Assembly (NCBI GenBank): GCA_051942245.1
Contig: JAVECL010000031.1
Coordinates: 1 to 64,000, forward strand
Length of the DNA: 64,000 nt
Direction of reading: 5' to 3'
Origin: Trypethelium eluteriae
Lineage: Eukaryota
The notes under the pieces are model-generated. The model was not told the DNA's origin. It worked only from the letters and a program-made list of their open reading frames with translations, and made no database searches. Below are positions 24,764-38,159 of this stretch, in pieces. The position numbers and the translations under genes were made by a program. Positions within the stretch are counted from its first letter, which is position 1. Each line of letters opens with the position of its first letter.

Positions 24764-27700
24764 ATGGCGGCCTCGATACGAGTCTATGTTTTTGGCGACC
24801 AGACATACGACATCGGTGATCCATTGTCCAAATTGCTCCACACGTATGACAATCCACTCCTGGCAGATTTCTTTGAGAGAAGTTGTCAGACATTGAAGAA
24901 AGAGGTCGCCAGACTTGAACGGAGCAAACAGCTGGATTGTCCTCGGTTTTCGAAGCTGACCAATTTGATTCCATTGTGGCGGGCAGGCACATTAAACCCA
25001 GCTTTAAGCCAAGCATTGACTTGCATCTGTCACTTGGGTGCTTTTTTGCAGTAAGTAAGCTCCACTCAGTTACGGGCTAAGATTTAGTAGGTGCTAAACG
25101 TCATTTTGATCAGTGAACATGGATATGCTGGCAGGACATTTCCAACGCCACAAGATGCCTGTCTGACTGGACGCTGCACAGGCTCACTGTCTGCTGTGGC
25201 TGTCAGTTGTTCATCTAGCCCATCAGATCTGCTCTCGCTGGGAGTGCAAACAGTGGCAGTGGCATTTCGAGTTGGAGCGTGTGCTTGGGATGTCGGCAGC
25301 CGTATCTACTCCAAGCAAGATTCAGCGGGCCTTTATCAGTCATGGACAGCGGCAATAATAGGTGCAAGTGAAGACGAGCTTACACGCTCAATCGAGGACT
25401 TTGCTCGCGAAAAGGTGCGTGCTATTTCCTCATCTTCCATCGGAATGAATTTAGCATGATCGGTCTCGAGGATATTAGACTGCTTCTGGCTTAGTGTTAT
25501 CACGTTATCATGCTCACGCTTGCTGACTGAGTCACGTGAACAGGCGTTGACCAAGATCGCGTCTCCTTACATCAGTGCTCGCATCGCGTCAACCCAGAAC
25601 AGCGTCTCTGCTCCACCAGACGTACTCGACCTTTTCCTTTCAGAGCTATCCCACGCCCGTCGTACCATCGTTCGCATCAATATCACAGCTCCCTACCACG
25701 CCAAGCATCTCTACAGCGACGAGGATGTTGATGCACTCCTGTTTGACCTGGCCGACGGTCAGATTCGCGCTCGGCCCGCGACCAGTGCGATTCCTATCGT
25801 ATCTAGCACGACAGGGCAGACGATCTCACCAGTCTCTTTTCTCGACGCACTGAAACTTGCCACGCAGGATTGTCTGCAGAATGCTATTAGATGGGATCTC
25901 ATGGCTGGCAGGGTGACCCGTCACATCCAGTCGTTGGGGGAGAGTGGTAGTTTTGCCATCCATCCGATCGCAGCCACCTCTGATGGCCTTGGACCTTCGA
26001 TCCACAAATTGCTCGGCAATACCATCCGAGAACGTACCTCCCTATTGGCAGAGCCACAGCTCCTAGGTCCCCACGAGTTGTGCAATTCTCCTACAGCCAA
26101 GTCCAAGATCGCTATTGTTGGCATGTCCGGTCGTTTCCCACATGCCCAAAGTATGGACGCCCTATGGGACATTCTGGTACGTGGAGTGGACACACATGAG
26201 CTTGTGCCTCCATCTCGATGGAATGCCAATACTCATGTTGGCGAGGTTACAACAACCTCCGCGACCAAGAATGTCAGTGGGACCGGATTTGGATGCTGGC
26301 TACAGGATGCTGCGGACTTTGATGCTCGATTCTTTAACATGTCACCACGAGAAGCGCCTCAAGTGGATCCTGCTCAACGCATCGCCCTTTTGACCGCGGC
26401 GGAAGCCCTTGAGCACGCTGGCATTGTGCCAGGTCGCACTCAGTCCACACAGAAAGACCGTGTAGGCGTCTACTTTGGTTCGACGAGCAATGATTGGATG
26501 GAAACCAACTCAGCCCAGGACATTGATACCTACTTTATCCCTGGCGGCAATCGTGCCTTTATACCGGGAAGAATTAATTATCATTTTAAGTTTTCTGGTC
26601 CAAGTTATACTATTGACACAGCTTGCAGCTCTAGCCTTGCTGCGATTCATTTGGCTTGCAATGCTCTGTGGAGGGGCGAAGTTGATACCGCTATTGTCGG
26701 CGGTACGAATGTACTGACGAATCCTGACATGACTGCAGGTCTTGATCGCGGCCATTTCCTATCAAGGACTGGTAACTGCAAAACGTTTGACGATCTGGCT
26801 GATGGTTATTGTCGAGGCGAGGCTGTTGCTACTGCGATCCTGAAACGATTCGAGGACGCCGTTGTGGATAAGGACCCCATTCAAGCGTGTATCCTGGCTA
26901 TTGCGACGAACCATTCTGCCGAGGCAGACTCTATCACGCGTCCTCATGTCGGTGCACAGCAAGCTTTGTTTGAAGGAGTACTCGCCGAAGCCGGCGTACA
27001 CGCAAATAGCATCAGCTATTGTGAGATGCATGGGACTGGGACTCAGGCAGGAGATGCCGGCGAGACACTGTCTGTGCTGGAAACACTTGCTCCTATTAGT
27101 CCTCAGTCAGCGGTCAGGAATAACCATCAACCCCTCCACATTGGTGCAGCAAAATCAAATGTTGGGCACGGTGAAGCTGCTGCAGGCGTGACAAGTCTAG
27201 CAAAAGTGCTGTTGATGTTAAAACATTCGACGATTCCTCCGCATTGTGGAATAAAGACTAAAATAAATCACAAACTCCCAGACCTCCCATCCAGGAACAC
27301 TTTCATTGCAGAACAACCTGTCCAGTGGCCCCGACCGAAGGGCTCTGCTCGGCAGGTGTTGTTAAACAATTTTTCGGCTGCTGGCGGAAATACAGCTCTC
27401 GTCCTCGAAGATGCACCACAAGTCCCAAGATCGGATGAGGCCGACCCTCGGGCACATCATGTTGTTGCAGCGTCAGCCAAGACACCAGCATCACTGGAGA
27501 ACAACCTCAAGAAGCTGATTACATGGATCGATGGACAGGATGACTCTACTAACTCAGTTCTTTCCAGATTATCTTACACGACCACTGCTCGTCGCATGCA
27601 TCATCCACATAGGGTCATGGCGGTCGGATCTGATCTGACATCCGTCAAAAAGTCACTCCAAGCATCGTTGGAGGGGAAAGACGGCAGTTCTCGTCCAATA

Positions 27701-30700
27701 GGCACACCTGGCTTCGTCTTCGCGTTTACCGGCCAGGGAGCTCATTTTGCTGGCATGGGAAGTGATCTCTACTCCAAGCTTGCCGACTTTCGGGCGGACA
27801 TCCAACGTTATGATCAAATTTGTTTACGTCTAGAACTGCCATCCATTCGATCCCTTTTCGAGAGCGCAAACGATGCACACAGCAGAGCGACTCCTACAAT
27901 GCTTCAGTTAGCATCAGTATGTTTTCAAATGGCTCTATTTCGCATGTGGCTATCTTTTGGTGTAGCTCCAAAAGCAGTCGTCGGTCACAGCCTCGGGGAA
28001 TTTGCAGCCTTATACGCAGCTGGCGTTCTGTCACAAGCCGATGTAATCAGTCTAGTTGGACGTAGAGCTCAGCTACTGGAGTCCCATTGCGAAGAGGGGA
28101 GCCATGCCATGCTCGCAATCCGGTCAAGTGCTACAGGTCTGGCTAGTTTGCTCGGGCCTCCTGGAGATAGCTACGAAGTATCTTGCTTTAACGGCCGGGA
28201 GAGCACGGTTCTGGGTGGGACAAGGGATCAGATGAACAAAGTCCGCCCATCTCTCACCAAGCGAGGCCTGTCGCACACTTTCCTCGAAGTGCCGTACGCC
28301 TATCACACATCTCAAGTTGATCCAGTCCTCACCTCTCTCGACTCCCTGGCTCGAGGCATAAGATTTGCGGAACCTGTCATCCCCGTAATTTCTCCGGCCT
28401 GCGGAAAGGTCATCCACCAGAGCCGAGACTTTGGATCGGACTTCGTTGCACGACATTGCAGAGCAAGTGTAAACATGTTAGAAGCTTTGAAGCTTGCAAA
28501 GGAGGAGGGCCTACTCGAGGAAAAGATGATTGGCGTTGAGATTGGGTCGGCTCCGGTTGTTGTCAAGATGATCAAAGAAGTTGCCGGATCATCTTTCCAA
28601 ACTTTTGCCTCTATTCAGAAAGGAGAGGATAGCTGGAAGCTATTAAGCGATGCGCTTTCGAAATTCTATATCAAAGGAGTCGAAGTCGACTGGACCGCAT
28701 ACCACAAGGACTTTGAGTCTTGTCAGCAATGTCTGGACCTCCCCTCATATAGTTGGGACTTGAAAGAGTATTGGATCCAATATGTGCACGATTGGTCCCT
28801 CCGTAAAGGAGATCCGCCACTTCGCATTGGGCCCACTAAGCTTGAGAGTTCTTCCATCCATACAATCATTCAGGACAAGTTGGCCGACAAAGGTGGAGAA
28901 CTCATTGTGGAAGCCGATCTCAGTCGGCCCGACCTTCACCCTATGGTCCAAGGACATAAGGTCTATGGTGTACCTCTGTGCACTCCAGTACGTTCTCCCT
29001 TTTCGTTTTTCTTATTTTCTCTTCGAACCCTCACCCATTTGAGACAAATTCGTTCGCACCACCTGTCAGTCAGCTCATGTACTCCACAGTCTGTGTATGC
29101 GGATATCGCTTTAACGATTGGAGAATATGCCAAGGAGATACTGGAACCCACCAACTGTTCATTTGGCGTGGAAGTCGCCGATATGACCATTCAAAGCGCC
29201 CTGGTCGCCAATTCCGACGGAAAGCCGCAACTTTTGCGTACTGTTGCTCGTTTAGACTCTAAGGACAGGAGTGTTTCTTGCACTTTCTCAAGCGTCAATG
29301 TGAGTCTGCAAGCACACTTAAGCGTAGCGTATCGCTAATGGGGTGATCTTAGAAAAATGGCAAAATCACAGAACAGCATGCCCACTGTCTGCTTCGCCTA
29401 TTTGATGTCAATGTTGCTCGGCAAGCTCAGGAAGTCACTGCTGCTCAAATCAAGTCTCGTATCAGCTCACTTAAGAGCCAGGTTGGCAATTCTGGACTGA
29501 CCTTCAGATTCAGCAAGGCAATGATTTACAAAATGGTTGGACAGCTCGCCGATTTTGACCCAAATTATCGCGGCCTTGTGGAGATTACTTTGGACAACGA
29601 TGCACTTGAAGCGACCGGAAGCGTTAACTTTGCCAACGTTTTGAAAGAGGGAAGCTTTCATACGAATCCAGCTTACATTGACGCACTTTCTCAACTCGGC
29701 GGGTTTGTGATGAACGGCAATGAAGGAGTCGACCTCGACAAAGAATTGTTTGTCAATCATGGCTGGAGATCGCTTCAGCTGTTTGAAAGCATTGACCCTT
29801 CCAAGATGTACTCCACCCACGTCAAAATGACCGAGGGAGAGGACAAGCTCTGGAGCGGCGATATAACCATATTTGACGAAGATGCAGTCGTTGGCACCTT
29901 TGGTGGTGTCGCTGTAAGCACCTTTCCCCTCCTCTCTTGTCCAAACAACAGTTCGAGCTGATTTTTTGGGGTAGCTTCAAGGAGTACCGAAGCGACTGAT
30001 GCAATATATCGTGAATGCTGCTAACAAGCGAATCTCTGCTCCCACATCAAGCAAACCAAGCACGGCCACCAGTGGCCAGGATTGCGCACAGACTGTGATC
30101 AAAAAGACTACAACGCATAAATCTACAATCGCACAGAGGTCTGTAGAAACACCTGCAGTGACTATCGCCTTACAGATCATATCTCAGGAAAGCGGAATTG
30201 CGATGAACGAGCTGACTGATGAGTCCCGTTTTGATGACATTGGGGTAGATTCGCTGCTATCTCTGATGGTCAGCAGCAGGATCAGAGATGAACTTGGAAT
30301 TGACTTAGAATCTTCTATCTTCCTCGAATTCAACACAATCGGCGGTTTCAAGACATACTTGAAGGGACTGAATGGTCAGGCTGAGGAGTCTACTACTATC
30401 ACGGAAACGATGGAGGAAGAGATTGTTCCTATCCGCAGTGACACTTTAGACATCGATACCCTGGGAATGGAGGCCAATTGGAAGAGCGCGCTCACCATCA
30501 TAGCCGAGGAAAGCCAAATCGACGTTGCAGATCTCACCAATGATGTATCGTTTGCGGATATCGGCGTGGATTCGCTTTTGTCGCTCGTCATCTGCAGTCG
30601 TATGCGGGATGAACTTGATCTCGAAATTTCCGATAGATCACTCTTTTTGGAATTTCCCAACGTTGGAGGATTGAAGAATTACATAACAGGCGAATCTCAG

Positions 30701-31779
30701 GCCTCCGAGACTGGAAAGGAGACTTCTGGATCGGAACCAAGCATGACCCCCCCTTCGGGTGGCTCGTCTCCTTCGAGCATTAAGGACTTCGCAAATACAC
30801 CGGATACCGAAATTTTGGATACATTTACCGATAATTCTGTGCTTCACAGTCATCAAGTGTTGCCCCCTGTTAAACCGGCCTGGTCAATTACTTTACAAGG
30901 CAGCTCGAAACGAGCCACCAAACGGCTCTTTCTTTTCCCTGATGGCTGCGGTGCTGCTACTTCATATGTAAAACTTCCAAGGATAGCGAGCTCCACTGCA
31001 ATTATTGGATTCAACTCCCCTTTCATGAGGTAAGTCATCGACGAGCTAGCCATTAGTGATTTGATATTGACCATGTTTTCCCTTCAAGGAACCCACATGA
31101 AATGGACAGCCGGCGACTTCCTGAAATTGTGCTATCCTACATTGAAGGTGTTCGCAAGCATCAGCCGAGCGGACCTTATCATCTGGGCGGCTGGTCTGCC
31201 GGCGGCATTTTAGCTTATGCTGTAGCGCAGGAACTCATGGCTTCCGGGGAAGAAATTGCAACGCTGACTTTGATCGATTCGCCCGCGCCGACGGACGGTC
31301 TTGACAGATTACCTCGACGCTTCTTCGATCACTGCTCGAAGGTTGGCATTTTTGGTCTGGAAATGGATGTAAATGCTGGCCAGAATGGATTGCCACCAGA
31401 GCCTTCCAGGATGCCAGAATGGCTGATGCCCCACTTTGAAGCAACAATTGAGCTGTTGCATGATTATCACGCTCCACCAATGCCGGTCGATGGTAGCAGT
31501 CCAGGTAGAGTTACCATTATCTGGGCGGGTGCATGCGCTTTTGACGGCAAGAAGTATGCGTATCTTCCGCCTGCAACGGCTGAGGACGAAGATACTGAGG
31601 GTATGAAATTTCTCACGGAAAGGAGGACGGATCTGGGACCTGGTAAATGGGCGCAGCTGTTCCCTGACCGTGATGTTAGCGTGTTCGTCGTAGATGATGA
31701 GCATCATTTCAGTATGATGAGAGCTCAAGGCGGAGAAAGGTTGGGGGAGTTGATTCGAGAATCCATGGGGCCCACTTAA
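24764..31779 (+). CDS. elcA: Non-reducing PKS SAT-KS-AT-PT-ACP-ACP-TE, CTB1/ElcA-like (probable nor-toralactone synthase)
   Basis: Multi-exon. [51 protein letters not shown], two ACPs IGVDSLL, TE GGWSAGG..HHFSMM. Flanked by the full perylenequinone tailoring set. Confidence 0.93.
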
Positions 31780-33851
31780 GACCCCGGCCAGTATCTGACT
31801 ACCTGTCGGCATACCCTGCTTGAATTTTTGTTCTCAAGCTTTTGTTTCTCTTGATGTATTTAACGTAGAAGCATGTACTGTACGCAAGTATAGAATCATT
31901 GCACATCTGCTTCCACAATTTGTAATTCCGCCTTACATGCAAGCATGCTTTTTCAAGATCATTTATCACCTCTACGCGTACCCTTGTTCTCAATCATATA
32001 TCTTGCGTTTTGCCTTCATCCAGTACCTGACCAATCTCTTCAGCTCATAGAAAGACAATATCCCCTTTGCAACGTGTCTTATCCCGATCGCGTTTCCAGA
32101 TCGGCGAAGGCGGGCTAAGCAACACTGCATTGAATCATTGATTTGGCAGTGCGTATTGTACAAGTATTAAACTCTATCCCAACTTCTAGTGAGGGTCCGC
32201 TTACTGATTCTTCGTAGGCATGTTTCAGGGGTATCAAAAGCAGAAATGTTCACATGCCGTTCAACCCAATGAAAAAGAGTATGAATACGACTTTCATCCA
32301 GACGTGCCGGCCACTGCTGTCCAATGTGTATATATGGTCCCATGGTAGAGGAGCTTCGTAGTCCGGCTTCAGCAGTTTTGAGAAGCGCGGTTTCTTCACC
32401 TCCTCCTTAGTTTCTCTCCAGAAGTAGCCCAGCTCGCAGATGGGAGATTGCCCTCTGCCTCGATAGCCGATGGCCCTGATCTGATCAGAAGTGATGGTCG
32501 TTATTATCTAATATGACCCTATCTGACTTGCAGCCTTTTTTGAGAAGCGAAGTCGTTGATCGAAGCTACACAATATTTGTGGTGTTCAACGTATTCAGGA
32601 AAGCTGAGCGGATTCTAGGGCATTTAACTCTTCGCCTCTAATCGTACTGCAGGGGTGCCGTTTCCCTTGCAACCTCACCAAAGATTGGATTTGAAGGTTT
32701 GGTGTAGTCAGATCTCCGGCTCAAGGAATCTCCAGCAGTCTGGGCTTCCACTTCCCCACGACCCTGCAAGAGCAGCTTTTCAGACCACGCACGCGTCGAT
32801 TAAATGTAATTGTCCGAGTTCGACTTTCTAAGAGACTAATAAGCCTGAGACCAGCGTGGAAAAGGCATACTTAAGCTTATAACGTTAAACTCCACTATTG
32901 ATAAAGCCTTCCGCCTCTGGTATTGGTAATGGTATCGTTGGTAGATAGGCTACATCACTAATCCTGCCGGACATGTCATGCGAGAAGGAAAGTAAGTTGA
33001 ATCCTGACGTAGCCATGCAGGTCTTGGGCAGAAGCTCCGCGCGTAATCAATAAGATCAGTATCTGCTATTCATCCAGCTTATTCGCTCGAATACTCTACA
33101 CGTTGTCCCATAAATAATTAATGACTCATAGATTTTATTCCCAGTACGTAGAGACTAGGCTCTAGCACCAGTTTTTGGCTGAGTGGTGAAATCCCTTTCA
33201 ATTCTCTTTCCCACAACCTAGTTATAAGGTATTAGAGCAGTCCTCTTATTTCTATTCCGAAATTTCTATGTGTGAAATGATGCGTTAGAATGGTCAGAAT
33301 CATTGTGATGAAGGGGTACCTATGGACGCATATCGTAAGCAAGGAATCCTATTGTATAGCTGCATTTGGGTCGACTGTTAACATTTGAACAAGAGGGAAG
33401 TGAGTTTGGAGTTTCAGGTTCGCAACTTAAAAGATAGAAGAAACAAATGCTTTCGATAGCGCAATTGCTCGAGCAAAGGCCATGTCCGTCCCACATTCGC
33501 CCCGGTATGCAATCTACTTAGGATGTGTTGCCTCAAGTGAATCCTCTAAGCTTGATTTTGATGTCCTTGGTTGCTAGTTAATAGTTGGGCGACTCAAGGC
33601 TACGTCAGATTGCGCTCTTATGGAGATCAAACTTGATGTACATTTTTTGCACGAATTTATATATTCAACAGGGCGGCCAGCGATTGTGAAAGCGAGTTTA
33701 GCATTCAGTATCTACGTCTAATTCTTGAATCTGAATGAGTGCTTGTAAGATGTTCCATTTCGCTTCTATTGCCTAGAATCTACTACGGACGCCAGTTTTG
33801 GGTTTGCTATACGTTTCGAACACTAATGAGCAAATCTACAAGCGAAAGCGC

Positions 33852-34384
33852 TCAGACGCCAACCTAATGATATTAGTCTACGATGTGAAGGTGGGAGAAA
33901 GACAATACGAACCTGCCACGTGATAAGGGTGCTCTTCCCTTTGCTGGGTGCACCGGATGCATATGCCGTGATTTTGTTGAGCCAAGCATATTCAGTACTT
34001 GCAGTCTCGAAGGTCAACAATACATTGGGTACATGGGCCTTCTCGGTGACCATAATGCTAGCGCCATCGTCTGTCTGCATAGTGTAGACTGCATCTACAT
34101 TTGATACCCCGCTCTCACTTGTGACACTCCATATGGTACCTCCATTGACTTTGCCTAAGAAGAGAAGATGATCAATCTCCAGGCCGATGGTATGCCTTTG
34201 GCGCGTTTCTTTGAATCTTGTGCTTACCGTTGAGCTTCGGACCTGCGAATGTTCCCCCAGTGATGGTGACCACCCTTCTTTGCCCTAGAGCAGTAGCTCC
34301 AACAATGACGGGAGGAGCAGCTTCAAGGTTGATATTGCACAAGTAGGTCAGAGCTGGGGGTGGTGGGGTAGATGCATCCGCCAT
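33852..34384 (-). CDS. phnH: DUF3237-family protein, PhnH-like hydroalkoxylase candidate
   Basis: Three exons (first intron 34227-34155; tiny last exon VGV*). GQRRVVTITGGTFAGPKLNGKV..VDAVYTMQTDDGASIMV..LTFETASTEYAWLN fits the DUF3237 pattern. Confidence 0.72.
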
Positions 34385-34785
34385 ACTGTTAGTGGATAAG
34401 GCAAGCCGAGCCTGTCGATAACTTGGAAGAGCTGCAAGAAACTTGAGAGAAGATGACTCGAAGCTATGAAACGACACCTGAAGGCTTCACGGATGTAAGA
34501 TAAGGAAATCGCTCTCACCGTCTCTTCCTTTTTTGGGTCGGGGGCCCGCACTTTATGCTGTTACTATTCGATCAAATCCCTGGCCAAATGCTGAGGACCC
34601 TGCGGCTGTAGGGAGAGGTCGAGAACGCCTCGGGACGCGCGAGCTTGCAACACACATACTCCCGGAGCTTGCAGTTTCGTGTAAACAGACGACAATTAGC
34701 TATCTACGAGTAAGCTGACTCAAACCCATGCTTTGGGTGGACGGATGCAGTGGCGCATGGAAGTTCTGTCCACCAATTGATCCTG

Positions 34786-34801
34786 CGGATTCCGGGTTCC
34801 G
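34786..34801 (+). promoter_or_regulatory. Putative cluster-2 TF site CGG-N3-CCG-N4-CCG
   Basis: CGGattCCGggttCCG in the centre of the DUF3237/FMO divergent promoter. An extra CGGgaaCCG lies at 34810-34818. Confidence 0.65.
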
Positions 34802-35186
34802 TGGGATACCGGGAACCGACCAGGTGGGCCGCCAGAGGTAACGGGCCATTCCACAAACTTTTAGTGAGGAATCTAACTGTTGTTTGTGCAGTTAGTTAGA
34901 AGTTTGTGTTACTGTACAGGCCGAAACAGTCAACAGCAACGATCGTTCCTTTTGACGGACACCAAGCCGCCGAGGTTGAGCGAGCCTTGGGTCAGCTCGT
35001 AGCACTGGGCTAGACGCAAATGTGTTGCAGGGATATATTTAAATTTATATCTTAGATCAAAACTCCAGTTCGCACATCAAGTGCTGAAAGACCTCGTGCT
35101 AGCTAAAGTCTGCAAACCGCGCGTTGAATTACTACAGTTCAGATCAAGAGCTCTGAGAGACCAACCAAACAGAAAGCATTGGAAAA

Positions 35187-36856
35187 ATGACTGCACAGGA
35201 TCTTCACGTCATTGTCATCGGTGCTGGTATGTCATTGCAATCTCAGAAAATGTTGCGCAAAAGAAAAATTTCGTGATACTGATCTTGTCTAGGCATTACC
35301 GGCCTCCTGACCTGCCAGGGTCTCAAGAAGGTCTGGCTCTATCCTCATCCACACACGAAAGGTATTGAGAATTGACTGGTACCGCTTTCACAGGCTGGAA
35401 TACGGTATTCCCTCTTCGAAAGAGATGTCTCGATGAACTATCGCAGTAATGAATGGACTATGGCTATCCATTGGGCACGACCCCTACTCAAAGATATACT
35501 GCCGGAGGAGATCTTCACAAAGCTAGCTACAATCGCGTGCAATCCTACTGCCGGAATTCATTCTGGCCTCTACCCCATCATAAACGGGGAGACAGGCGAT
35601 ATGATCACCGGCGTGCCATACACAGACGGCTTGCGAGTCCCACGCAGCAAGATGCGGGCAATGTGCGCTGAAGGAGTTGATGTCCAGGTAAGTCGTCACT
35701 CTTTTGCCAGGATGTGCATTTGCACGTAAAGGCGTTTGCGTGCATCAGCTCCTCGGCAAAAACCGGCTGGCTTGAAGTGACCGTATGCTGAGATCGAACT
35801 ATGAATAGTACGGCAAAAAACTTACCGACGTTGCGTTCAACGAGAGTGGTAATGGAGTTATTGCGACCTTCGCCGACGGAACGCTTGTGTCTGGGACCAT
35901 GATCATAGGAACAGATGGACCTCGGTCTCGAGTGCGCGAAACTGCTATGAACAGTGCCGACAACGCCGCAGTGACCAAGTTTCCCATCTTCCATACCAAC
36001 ATGACCGTGTGCTACGGCGATGCCGAGAAAGCACAGTTTGTACGGCAGAAGTTCCCAACGAGTTATTTGGCGCTGAGCCAGAGATCATTCCACGCATTTC
36101 AGTCAAGTAAGTGGAGAGACCATTCCTGCACCACGGCTGCTTTCTCCATAGGAGGCCAGGCTAATGACGAGTCACCGCAGTCTCCAGTATGCCTGACGGC
36201 CCTGACCATCCGGAATCATGGATCTTCCACATGGCCATGGCATGGCTTGGTGAGAGCGACAACTCGATGAGTTACCCAGAACGACTAGCAATGATCAAGG
36301 AGCGGGCCAAAGGGCTTGGCGAGCCTGCTCGCTCTGCGTTCTTGTGGGTGCCGGATGACACTGAAGTGCACAAGGCCGATATCAGCTACTGGGTCAGCCA
36401 GACTTGGGACAATCGCAAGGGACGGTTGACTTTGGTTGGAGATGCCGCGCATCCGATGCCGCCATGTGAGATATCCCCTTTCATTCGATTTCGGTGCTTG
36501 ATGGCGCAATCACCATGTGCTCTCGATTCATCACCTACTCAACTTTTGCACGAAGCTTTACTAACTTCGAGCTACTAGATCGCGGCCAGGGGCTTAACCA
36601 TTGCATTTGCGACGTCTCCCATCTGCTGGAAGGCTTGAAAGGTCTTCGGGATGGGAGCACGTCTCTTGCTGAGGTCGTCCGCGTGTACGAGAAGGAAATG
36701 ATTCCCCGTGGAAAGGAAGAGGTTAGCTGCTCAGTGGAAAACGGACTAACGCTCCATGACTGGAACAAAATCCAGGAGAGTCCGGTCTTCAGGCGTGGAT
36801 TCAAGCCTATGGACGGGCACAGCAATGTCAAGGAAGAAATTGTGGAGCCAGCTTAA
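35187..36856 (+). CDS. phnB: FAD-dependent monooxygenase, PhnB-like (multi-exon)
   Basis: MTAQDLHVIVIGAG-ITGLLTCQGLKK-AGIRYSLFERD..NEWTMAIHW, IIGTDG, TLVGDAAHPMPP..RGQGLNHCICD. About five GT-AG introns. Confidence 0.8.
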
Positions 36857-37787
36857 ACTCAGATCTCGGATGCACGTAAATAGAAATTTGCTGGCGTTTG
36901 GTGCTATTCAGTGCGGGGGGATAGTTAGTGAAGTGGGACTAAGAATTTAATTTTAGGATTACTCCATTCATTGATCTGCCAAAAAAAAAAAAAAGAAAAA
37001 GCTCCCTGGACTCCACAGTCGCGCAACATAACTCCTATCAGTAGCTTATTCATTCTGAAATCTTGGTTTCATCCACTACGAGCAACGGTAAGATCAGGAC
37101 GCCAGTATGAGGCGGGACCTGGAACTTAGTCAACAGTACATAATGGCATGCCTTACGATACTGCAACACGCCTCATTTCGATGGGTTCGCATTCCGCATG
37201 TCAGGTATCGTAGGTAGGTAGTCCGGCAACGCGTTGTGAATGCTTCTCCAGGTGGCACCCCATCACAACTCAGTGCCGGCCCAAGAGATTGATTGGTGAA
37301 AATTCTACGCACGGAGTCTTCGTAGGATCTCGCGCTAAGGGTCGCACACGACGCACACGTGTGGAGGGTAGCGTAGATGCAGATTCATACCCTGAAAAGC
37401 TCGGTTATTCTCGCTTGATTTGCGAACGCATGGCCTGCTAGGCCGCTGAGTTGAGACAGTGTTGTTGGTGGTCGGGTGGGCGGTCCCTCTACTCTACCTA
37501 CTCTAACCATGTTCATCCAGTGCGCCGGGAAGTCTGATCTGCAGGGTTCAGCCGTCGATGCACTACTAAAGTGGGACCTGCAGCTGAGACCTCGCGCCCA
37601 CGAGGAGCTTACCGACGGCCGAGAGCGACTAATGCAGCATTGCACGTGGATCCCTGGTTGAGTCGCTAGGTGCCGAGGTACTAAGTCGACTTCGACTTCC
37701 GAATCGCGTTGTCAGCGATGCATGCTGTGGCTGTGCTCATTGGCGAGCAATGCGGGTTAAGGTGGGTACACTAGCCATTCTTGCTTT

Positions 37788-37810
37788 CGGACGGCGGACC
37801 CCGGAGGCCG
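37788..37810. promoter_or_regulatory. Putative cluster-2 TF site, symmetric CGG-N4-CGG-N3-CCG-N4-CCG
   Basis: CGGacggCGGaccCCGgaggCCG, ~350 bp upstream of the OMT-like gene. Matches the motif on both strands. Confidence 0.65.
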
Positions 37811-38159
37811 TGTTGGAATGGCTTCCATAACCATCGTGCCCATCTATCTCGAGCGGGACTCGTTGGCGGAGGGGAGGGTCCCGGCGCGGTCCGAATGCTT
37901 GGGGTTAGTATGGTCAAGCCCCTCCGGATTATTCTTGCGTAGACCTTGCTGCTGGTGTGCTTAATCAGGGACTGGTCCGAGCCAGAGCTGAAAGCTGCCG
38001 TCCACAGTCCGTCAGGCAAAGACATCCCCGCGATGTTGGTATAGCTCATTCAGACTGCTTGTTGGCGACAGTGCTGGTGTCCGTAGATTGATTTCATAAC
38101 GTAGCACATTTGTCTGTCCGGTTAGAGACTCTTGCATCTCCAGACCTACCACGACCACA

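Larger units (their letters stand above)
3158..31779. other. Perylenequinone (elsinochrome/hypocrellin-type) biosynthetic gene cluster
   Basis: Nine contiguous genes match the known elc/CTB core content. No CTB6-type reductase or CTB9-type dioxygenase lies between them. Confidence 0.88.

Noticed and set aside
28988..29089. Apparent 34-aa insertion ([10 protein letters not shown]...) in the PKS1 PT domain
   Set aside because: It is a 102-nt GT..AG intron that happens to be in frame and stop-free. Splicing restores LCTP-SVYAD.
3158..31779. Calling this the cercosporin (CTB) cluster itself
   Set aside because: CTB6- and CTB9-type genes are missing from the cluster and the transporter type differs. 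The content fits an elc-like cluster better.
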